In this document: in pieces, positions 57,075-64,000 of the stretch | How positions within the stretch are numbered: the stretch's first letter is position 1 | Layout of the letters: the number at the start of each line of letters is the position of its first letter | DNA from: Dehalococcoidia bacterium | GTDB lineage: Bacteria; Chloroflexota; Dehalococcoidia; GIF9; UBA5629 | Length of the DNA: 64,000 bases | Assembly: GCA_050011565.1 (NCBI GenBank) | Contig: JBEKIW010000001.1 | Coordinates: 480,001 to 544,000, forward strand | Direction of reading: 5' to 3' | Notes under the pieces: model-generated | The model's input: the letters and a program-made list of their open reading frames with translations, nothing else | Told to the model about the DNA's origin: nothing | Database searches by the model: none | Position numbers and translations under genes: made by a program

Positions 57075-58514
57075 TCAATCACGCCTGATAGCCCTTTGAG
57101 CTTCCGCGTATTTGACCAGTGCAGCCATAGCACGTGCAGCCTGCTCAGGTGTGTCATATACAGGTATGCCGGCTTCTTTCAGGATTTCGATAGTAGGGTC
57201 GTCAGTCCGGCGGAAGCGCACAGTAATAATCGGTTTGTTATATTTGTGGGGGAGGGTGGCAAAACGTCTGCAAGCTTGAAACGAAGCTTCGATTGAATTA
57301 GATAAAGTCTTGTCGGTTTCTGCTGATGTGGGTTTAAGCCCCCAAATCATTGGGTTTACGGGAACATTCGTTATCACGCCGTCTATGTAGTCAAGGCCGA
57401 GGAATTTTTCTACTACTAACACCTCGTTAAGGGTGGTGCGGTAGCTGCCGGCGAAGTCAACTGGATTCTTAGCCGGTGGAGCATGAGCCGGTAACAGTTT
57501 TTGTAAATCACTGGTGGTCTCACTGTCGAACTCAGGAACTTCAAGCCCCAGGGAGACGCAGGCGTCGGTAACAACGACACCCTGTCCACCGCTTCCCATA
57601 ATAGCCACTCGTTTTCCCCTGGGCAAGGGTTGTCCTACGAGCGCCTCGGCCATTTCGAAGGAATGTATAGCTTCGCCAGCCCGTATGATACCTACCTGCC
57701 GGCACATACTTTCGAACACGTCCTCAGAACCAGCGAGTGAGGCGGTATGCGATAACGTGGCTCTGGCACCGGCGGCAGTGCTACCGCCTTTATAGATGAT
57801 TATGGGTTTCTCCTTTATAACTTCTCTGGCGAGTTCGAAGAATCTTTTGCCGTCCTTAAAACCCTCCATGTAGAAAACGATGACTTTTGTATCATTATCC
57901 ACGGCAAGGTATTCCAGGTATTCAGAAGCGGTGATATCTGCCTGATTTCCGATGCTGATGAATTTGCTCAGACCGTAACCTTTGGCACTGGCTATTTCGG
58001 ATAGATAGCCGCCGAAGGTACCACTCTGTGACACGAAGGCGATGGCTCCCGGCTTAGGTGCTTGATCGAAGCAGAGGTTGAGCTTTCCGGCGGCACTCCA
58101 TATTCCCATGCAATTTGGGCCCACAAATCGTATCCTTCCTTCTCTGGCTATTCTTACCACCTCTTCTTGAAGCGCTTTACCCTCTTTACCGGCCTCGGCA
58201 AACCCGGCAGAAATAACGATGGCGCCTTTCACATGTTTGGCAACACATTCTTGCATCAGCATGGGCGAGACGGCAGCTGGAGCTACTATAACTGCCAGGT
58301 CGACCTGGTAGGGAACGTCGAGGACGCTTGGATAAGTGGGCAGGCCGAGAATATCTTTTTTATTTGGATTTACCGGATATATAGTTCCACCAAATCCGGT
58401 ATTTAGTGGCCTTTCAACCATTACATATCCCCATTTGCCAGGTCTATCTGAAGCGCCCAGTATGGCGATGGATTCAGGTTTAAAAATAGGCTCCAATTGT
58501 TCTATGACGCTCAC
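57075..58514 (-). CDS. ADP-forming acyl-CoA synthetase, CoA-binding (alpha) subunit
   Basis: P.SIAILGAS, SAGFAE, GPNCMG, SQSG, SHTASLAG and NPVD motifs; start moved to GTG 58514 with SD AAGGAG. Confidence 0.9.
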   Translation of the reverse strand: MSVIEQLEPIFKPESIAILGASDRPGKWGYVMVERPLNTGFGGTIYPVNPNKKDILGLPTYPSVLDVPYQVDLAVIVAPAAVSPMLMQECVAKHVKGAIVISAGFAEAGKEGKALQEEVVRIAREGRIRFVGPNCMGIWSAAGKLNLCFDQAPKPGAIAFVSQSGTFGGYLSEIASAKGYGLSKFISIGNQADITASEYLEYLAVDNDTKVIVFYMEGFKDGKRFFELAREVIKEKPIIIYKGGSTAAGARATLSHTASLAGSEDVFESMCRQVGIIRAGEAIHSFEMAEALVGQPLPRGKRVAIMGSGGQGVVVTDACVSLGLEVPEFDSETTSDLQKLLPAHAPPAKNPVDFAGSYRTTLNEVLVVEKFLGLDYIDGVITNVPVNPMIWGLKPTSAETDKTLSNSIEASFQACRRFATLPHKYNKPIITVRFRRTDDPTIEILKEAGIPVYDTPEQAARAMAALVKYAEAQRAIRRD

Positions 58515-58536
58515 CGTTTGTCTCCTTATCTGATAT

Positions 58537-58959
58537 TCAATCGACCAGCTCATTAAGGCCGGTATAGTTGTCCATTTGCCGGCGAAGCTGGTAATCAAGT
58601 TCCCCTATTGTTACCTCGGCGGTAGAAAATATGGTTGCCCCGGCCAGATGGCCGCCGGAGCAGATATCATGTCCCGAGAGTTGAATGTGTATGTGGATAA
58701 TAAGTGTATCATCTTTTAATGCTATAGAGCCCTGGGCACAGACAATTTCTAAGGGACCGATATAGTCCACGCTTTCATATTTACCTGGTAACGCTTTCAG
58801 GAAATTGAGTTTGGCGTTATCCACCGAGCCGATAATGCCGATGATTACACCTGACGAGATACTATTATCCTGACAATAATTCGATATGCCGCCAAGCAAT
58901 TCTTGGCCCGGTTTGATCCTGAATACATGTATTTTTTTGAACAACAGGTTGCCTCCCAT
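58537..58959 (-). CDS. PPC/DUF296 domain protein
   Basis: R..PGQEL, IGS, E....G.I, HIH, GGHL and TAE motifs. Confidence 0.88.
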   Translation of the reverse strand: MGGNLLFKKIHVFRIKPGQELLGGISNYCQDNSISSGVIIGIIGSVDNAKLNFLKALPGKYESVDYIGPLEIVCAQGSIALKDDTLIIHIHIQLSGHDICSGGHLAGATIFSTAEVTIGELDYQLRRQMDNYTGLNELVD

Positions 58960-59145
58960 TTATTGTCTATTGCTAATTAGTTTATCATAGCTTTAGCCCG
59001 GTCTTCTTTCAATATTTACCTTTTGGCCAATCTGCTAGTCATCTAATTTCAGCGATGTTATACGGGCCTTATCCGTGAGTTGAAGTTATTAAGGTTGTGT
59101 TATACTTATTCGGGTCGGACATGAATTCTAAAAAGTGAGTTAGTG

Positions 59146-60063
59146 ATGGGAGTCAGACTTTATAAGGAACCGAAGTTGATTGATCCGGTTTTGATAGCCT
59201 GCTGGCCAGGAATTGGGAACATTGGCATCATGGCTGTCGATATGCTTAGAAGGCTGGTCGCGGCAGAGGAGTTCGGCGAGATAGAATCATGGGACTTCTT
59301 CTATCCCAGAAAGGTTTTGATAAGAGACGGTGAATTGAAAGATTTGGAGTTCCCTGATAACAAGTTCTATTTTAAAAAAACTGGGAAAAAAGATTTATTG
59401 TTCTTTATTGGAGAAGAACAGCCTAGTGATGGCGCGGGAGTTTATGCTGAGGGAACAAAGGCTTATAGAATGGCTAATCTCGTTCTGGACGTAGCACAGA
59501 GATTCGGGTGTCAGAGGGTGTATACATCAGGTGCAGCTGTGGCGCCCATCCATCACACTACCAGGTCGAGGGTTTGGGTGGTGCCTAATAGTAAGGATCT
59601 GCTTGACGAGATAAAACGTTATGGAAATACTGTGCTGATGTCTGAGGTAGAAGGTAGGGACGGTCAAGGTAACATTACCGGGCTGAATGGACTATTGTTA
59701 GGTGTAGCTAAGAAAAGGGGGTTGGAGGCTATATGTGTTATGGGTGAGATACCAATTTACATCCACGGTTTTCCAATTCCGTATCCCAAGGGGTCCAAGG
59801 CAGTGCTTGAGGTATTGAGCGCTGCCCTGGCCATTAAAATACCTATGGACGAAATCAACGCACTTATCGAGCAAAGCGATAGTGAAATCGAAAGTGTTTA
59901 TCAAAAACTTCCTTCAGAGATTAAAGAGCAACTTGATAAATTAAAATATGTTGTTTATGCCAAGCCTAGTGAACCGGAACCGATAACGGAAGAGGACAAG
60001 AAGAAAATCCTGCAGGAAATAGACAAGTTGTTCAAGAAAGACACCGGGAGAGACCAGTTTTGA
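59146..60063 (+). CDS. PAC2 family (proteasome assembly chaperone-like) protein
   Basis: WPGIGNIG, G..QP, G.I.GLNGLLLG, GE and P....VL motifs. Confidence 0.82.
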   Translation: MGVRLYKEPKLIDPVLIACWPGIGNIGIMAVDMLRRLVAAEEFGEIESWDFFYPRKVLIRDGELKDLEFPDNKFYFKKTGKKDLLFFIGEEQPSDGAGVYAEGTKAYRMANLVLDVAQRFGCQRVYTSGAAVAPIHHTTRSRVWVVPNSKDLLDEIKRYGNTVLMSEVEGRDGQGNITGLNGLLLGVAKKRGLEAICVMGEIPIYIHGFPIPYPKGSKAVLEVLSAALAIKIPMDEINALIEQSDSEIESVYQKLPSEIKEQLDKLKYVVYAKPSEPEPITEEDKKKILQEIDKLFKKDTGRDQF

Positions 60064-60899
60064 GCGAGGGGAAATCATTTAAACTGTTTACCAGACCTAA
60101 GTTTGATAATTCGTCGGTGGTTATAGTCTGGAACCAGGATGTCGGGAGGCTCGGCTCAAAGGTTGCTGATTATCTGGCCAGACAACTGGAAGGCCGAGAG
60201 CTTGGCGAAATTAGTCCCGATGGCTTTTTCTCGCTCAGCGGAGTTACAGTAGAAGACGATATAGCTCAATTTCCAGAAAGCAAATTCTATCGGTGCCGGA
60301 CTGAGAACTTTGTGATTTTCAAGAGTGATATACCCAGGTTCGATTGGTACGGGTTTATTAACCTGGTCCTGGATATCGCAGAGAAATATTTTAAGGTTAA
60401 GCAGATATATACCGTTGGTGGTATGGTGCTGCCAAGCGCGCATACTACGCCACGAACGTTGTTGTCGGTGGTCAATTCGACGGAGATGAAGAGGATATTA
60501 GGCGGTTATGACATAGTCCATGACATGGATTATGAAACGCGCGAAGACCAGAGACCAACCTTCAGTTCTTACCTTCTTTGGGCTGCGAAGATAAGAGATA
60601 TTCCCGGTGCCTGCCTTTGGGTACCCGTGCCTTTCTATTTAATGACGGTTGAAGACCCACAGGCTTGTAAGAAAGTCTTGGAATTCTTTAATAGGCATTT
60701 GGAGTTGAATATTAATCTCGCAGATATAGATAAGGAAGTGGAAGAGCAGAACCAGAAAATAGCTCTGGTGAGGGGCCGGTTTCCTGACCTGGACGGTTAT
60801 ATAAGTAAGCTTGAAAGCAATCTTGGACTGACGGCAGACGAGGGTGAAAGACTGGTTAAGAAAATAGATGAATTGCTGGGGGGCAGCCATTCAAACTGA
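60060..60899 (+). CDS. PAC2 family protein
   Basis: WNQDVG, P.AHT.P and LWVPVPFYL...DP motifs. Confidence 0.78.
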   Translation: MSEGKSFKLFTRPKFDNSSVVIVWNQDVGRLGSKVADYLARQLEGRELGEISPDGFFSLSGVTVEDDIAQFPESKFYRCRTENFVIFKSDIPRFDWYGFINLVLDIAEKYFKVKQIYTVGGMVLPSAHTTPRTLLSVVNSTEMKRILGGYDIVHDMDYETREDQRPTFSSYLLWAAKIRDIPGACLWVPVPFYLMTVEDPQACKKVLEFFNRHLELNINLADIDKEVEEQNQKIALVRGRFPDLDGYISKLESNLGLTADEGERLVKKIDELLGGSHSN

Positions 60900-60938
60900 A
60901 CCATAACACGGATTTTTACTGGATTGGCCGGCTTAGCT

Positions 60939-61778
60939 CTACTTAGCGCTTTTTGCAATTGCAGCCAGTGCGCCGGGACCACCGTGTACTCCCAATGCAG
61001 GCCCTAGTCTTGATATCCTCGGTATTAGGTTGGGAAAGAGCGACCGGGCGTAGTCAGCCAGCGTTCGTGCATCATCTATCGTAGTACTGTGCACTATGGC
61101 GAGGTCGTCGATGTCTGATGTCGCTATGAAATGGCGCAGTCGGTCTATGCCTTTCATTCGGCTGCGTGTCAATCCGGCTGGACGTATCTCTCCGTTAACA
61201 AGGGTAATCAAAGGCTTGATGTTAAGCTTTGATTCCAGGGCGAAAATGGTATTGCCCAGACGTCCGCCTTTTACTGCATATCTAAGAGTATCCAAAAGCG
61301 CTATGGCATGCAGTTGATTGATAGTGCTATGAGCTTTGTTTACCACCTGTTGTAAGCTGCATCCGGCCCTGGCAGCCTGAGCGGCGACTATGGCAACAAG
61401 ACCCTGCCACATAGTTAAGCCTTGTGAGTCAATAACTTCAATCTTGTAACCTTTTCCTTTGGCAATGTCTCTTCCCACCAGAGCAGAATCGTACATCGCG
61501 CTGTGCTTCCTGGTAACGTGTATAGAGACGATCTCGTTGGTTTCTTTGGCTACCTCTTCATATACCTTGGCAAAATCTCCCGGCGATGGTGCCGCAGTAG
61601 ACGGGTGAATAGAGCTGGTTGTTAGTTTCTCGTAAAATTGGTCACAATCGATATCTACTCCGTCACGGTAGACCTCATTGCCAAAATGAAGATAAGCCGG
61701 CACTACTGTAATACCTAATTTTTTGGCTTCCGCCTGAGTAATATCGGAACAACTGTCAGTAACGATTTTGATTGTCAT
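60939..61778 (-). CDS. DegV family fatty-acid-binding protein
   Basis: VTDSCSD, TAAPSPG, IDS, KGGR, IKP and HGGPGA motifs. Confidence 0.92.
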   Translation of the reverse strand: MTIKIVTDSCSDITQAEAKKLGITVVPAYLHFGNEVYRDGVDIDCDQFYEKLTTSSIHPSTAAPSPGDFAKVYEEVAKETNEIVSIHVTRKHSAMYDSALVGRDIAKGKGYKIEVIDSQGLTMWQGLVAIVAAQAARAGCSLQQVVNKAHSTINQLHAIALLDTLRYAVKGGRLGNTIFALESKLNIKPLITLVNGEIRPAGLTRSRMKGIDRLRHFIATSDIDDLAIVHSTTIDDARTLADYARSLFPNLIPRISRLGPALGVHGGPGALAAIAKSAK

Positions 61779-61987
61779 AAGTTACACTTCTTAATAAAGA
61801 TGGCACTAAAGGATTAAGTTTAGAGTATACTTTATGATTGCAGCCGTGTAAAGTGATTGAATGAAGTTAAGTCATCTGGCTTGAAGTATAAGCGTTAGCA
61901 AGTTACAATTAGGACCGGCTGCTGTCTCAGGCAAGAAGTTTAATAGACTAATAGTACCGATTTACTTTAAACAAGGGCGATAATAGT

Positions 61988-62452
61988 ATGCAACAGATTT
62001 TTCCTTGTCCTGTGTGTGGTGCACAGAACTGTATAGGTCAGGCGTTCTGCCAGGTTTGCGGGCAGAGATTTCAATATAATTGTCCTTACTGTGGTGCTGT
62101 TGTTGACTCTACGCTGGTAAATTGTCCCGGGTGTCGCCAGAGCCTTTTCTGGCCAACACCACAGAGGGTAAAGCCTTTTCCCAAACAACCGGCGGCCGTT
62201 AGAGGACGTGGAGAAGGTGGAGAAGAGGAAACTAAAACCAAACAGAAGTCCGACCCCTGGCTTACGGGATGCCTTGGTTTGGTAATTATTGCGATTTTAT
62301 TGATGGGAGCCTACTTCATTTATGATAATTTCATTAAGGAGAAGCCGTCGCCAACATTGCCGCCGGTATCAGGCGTCGAAACCGGTTTCAAACCAATGGA
62401 ATTTGCAGAATTTAGCCCGATTCACGATATAAGCAGAATGACTCAGATATAG
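61988..62452 (+). CDS. Double zinc-ribbon membrane protein
   Basis: Four CxxC pairs followed by one TM helix. Confidence 0.75.
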   Translation: MQQIFPCPVCGAQNCIGQAFCQVCGQRFQYNCPYCGAVVDSTLVNCPGCRQSLFWPTPQRVKPFPKQPAAVRGRGEGGEEETKTKQKSDPWLTGCLGLVIIAILLMGAYFIYDNFIKEKPSPTLPPVSGVETGFKPMEFAEFSPIHDISRMTQI

Positions 62453-62485
62453 TGGAACCATAAGAGGAAATTCGTCATACAGCAA

Positions 62486-63271
62486 ATGTTCGATTTCTTT
62501 CCGTATTTTTTCGCTAATCCCAGTGTATGGGGGTGGAGCTTAGCAGTAATCTTTGGTGCTATTTGGCTGGCTTGCTATCGCCCACCGATGATTACTAAGC
62601 CGTGGCTGTGGGTGGTTCTAGTTGCCGGTGCCATTCTGGCACCCATTGCCATCGTCATTACCTACTTCATAGTAGGGGCTGGGATTAGTAAATTACTCAG
62701 TTACTTCTGGAATCAACAGACCGTTGAGAGCTGGAGCTGGCTTCTGAGTATACCATCCATTTTCATTTTTGGACTGGTCTGGGAAGGGGCCAAGTTGTTG
62801 CCGGTGGGCATCTATTGGTGGCGGAAAAACAGGGAGATTGAGCCTAAGTTAGGTTTACTAGTCGGCGCTGTGGCCGGGGCCGGTTTTGGCATACTTGAGG
62901 CGCAGTGGGCGCTTAATTATTTTATTCGCGGTTCTAACTGGAGCTGGCAGCTGGTACAAGCTGAGGGATTTCCGGCGATAACAGGATTCTGGGAGAGTTT
63001 TTTTGTTTTGGGTCTGAACGTCGCTTCTACGGCTCTGGCTGGTTGGGGAGTGGCCAAGGGTTGGGGATGGAAATTCTATCTACTGGCCTGCTTCGTATAT
63101 CTCGTTACTAACTATAATACGGTTTTGGTGAGCCGTGGCCTCGTTTCGGCAACTCAAGCGCAATTCCTTATTGCTGCCTGGGCGCTTATAGTAGTAGGGG
63201 TGACTCTGTGGCTCCGCGAGAGGAAGTCAAAGGCTTTACGCAGGAAATCAAAGACTTTACGCAGGAAATAA
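62486..63271 (+). CDS. PrsW-like intramembrane protease family protein (possibly inactive)
   Basis: WEGAK (EExxK-like) and GAGFGILE motifs in a multi-TM protein; the canonical His positions are not evident. Confidence 0.6.
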   Translation: MFDFFPYFFANPSVWGWSLAVIFGAIWLACYRPPMITKPWLWVVLVAGAILAPIAIVITYFIVGAGISKLLSYFWNQQTVESWSWLLSIPSIFIFGLVWEGAKLLPVGIYWWRKNREIEPKLGLLVGAVAGAGFGILEAQWALNYFIRGSNWSWQLVQAEGFPAITGFWESFFVLGLNVASTALAGWGVAKGWGWKFYLLACFVYLVTNYNTVLVSRGLVSATQAQFLIAAWALIVVGVTLWLRERKSKALRRKSKTLRRK

Positions 63272-63286
63272 AAGGGAGGTATTACT

Positions 63287-63601
63287 ATGGATATCGGGTG
63301 GTTCAGAGACCTTGTTATTTGTATCTCGGGACTGGTAATAACAGTAGTGGTCATATTCATCGCTGTGCTGGCATATTTATTATATAGTAAGATAAGGCCA
63401 GTATTGGATTCGATGAAGGCGACTTCGGCGACCATACACGAGATTACTTCTACTGTATACGAGATTACTTCTACTGTGAAGGACGAAGTAGTAAAGCCCG
63501 CAGTTCAATTTGTGACTTTAATTCGCGGTATAGTTCAAGGTATTGAGTTAGCTAGTAAATTATTCAAGAGGGAAGAAAAGAAAGGAGACTGCAATGACTG
63601 A
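63287..63601 (+). CDS. DUF948-like small membrane protein
   Basis: N-terminal TM plus amphipathic helix; precedes a YtxH gene. Confidence 0.65.
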   Translation: MDIGWFRDLVICISGLVITVVVIFIAVLAYLLYSKIRPVLDSMKATSATIHEITSTVYEITSTVKDEVVKPAVQFVTLIRGIVQGIELASKLFKREEKKGDCND

Positions 63602-63824
63602 TAGAGACGGAGGCACTGGATTTGGCGTTGGACTTCTGGTAGGGGCGGCACTGGGTCTGGCTATTGGTTTTCTCTTTGCCCCGCGGTCAGGCGAGGAGAC
63701 AAGGCAGTTGTTGAAGGAGAAGGCTGGGGCAGCTCGTGAAAGGGCGGCAGAAGCTACCAGAAAAGTGAGGGAGACTGCTGGCGAAGCCGTAAAGAGAGCT
63801 CGAGCGAAAATGGAAGAAGCCTGA
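63594..63824 (+). CDS. YtxH domain protein
   Basis: F..GLL.GAA.G...G.LFAPRSGEETR motif. Confidence 0.9.
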   Translation: MTDRDGGTGFGVGLLVGAALGLAIGFLFAPRSGEETRQLLKEKAGAARERAAEATRKVRETAGEAVKRARAKMEEA

Positions 63825-64000
63825 GCGAAGCCAGATTAAACTTTACATAATCGCTTAGCACTTCGGTTACTGAGGGCGGTGTGCCCTGGAATAACTCACA
63901 TCTTCACTTATTAACACCCTCGATTTTTAGGACTGAACGCATCGAGAGGAGCTAGAGTTGGAGACATCGAGTAACATTTTCAAGAGGCAATGGCGGCTTA

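Overview
Bacterial chromosomal window. Gene content suggests an anaerobic Dehalococcoidia-like Chloroflexota (inference: DUF5679 zinc fingers, paired PAC2 genes, W-AOR, tRNA-targeting serine integrase). 1-0.9 kb holds 3' halves of tRNA-Thr and tRNA-Val (att scars) and a degenerate repeat tract. 0.9-17.8 kb holds redox and envelope genes: a glycosyltransferase trio divergent from a TIGR04282 transferase and an ArsS-like radical SAM enzyme, and an SCP2-ADH-AOR operon. The ORF track truncates two probable selenoprotein genes: the radical SAM protein, and a C_GCAxxG_C_C/Uxx-star glutaredoxin fusion with two UGA-Sec codons. Each UGA has a SECIS-like hairpin 10-11 nt downstream. 17,820-56,942 is a ~39 kb genomic island integrated at the 3' end of tRNA-Ile(GAT) by a large serine recombinase. 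The att core lies inside the recombinase gene, so excision would swap its C-terminal tail. The island carries a defence cluster (ABC-ATPase + TOPRIM-like pair, UDG-like protein, single-chain R-M enzyme, HNH-DGQH fusion, TIGR02391) and a TetR-linked catabolic cluster (three saccharopine-dehydrogenase-like enzymes, hydantoinase/oxoprolinase AB, Liv ABC transporter, CoA enzymes). It ends in an integration module with a mirror-symmetric divergent promoter. 57-64 kb is ordinary backbone. Family assignments come from motif recognition only; no database was searched.
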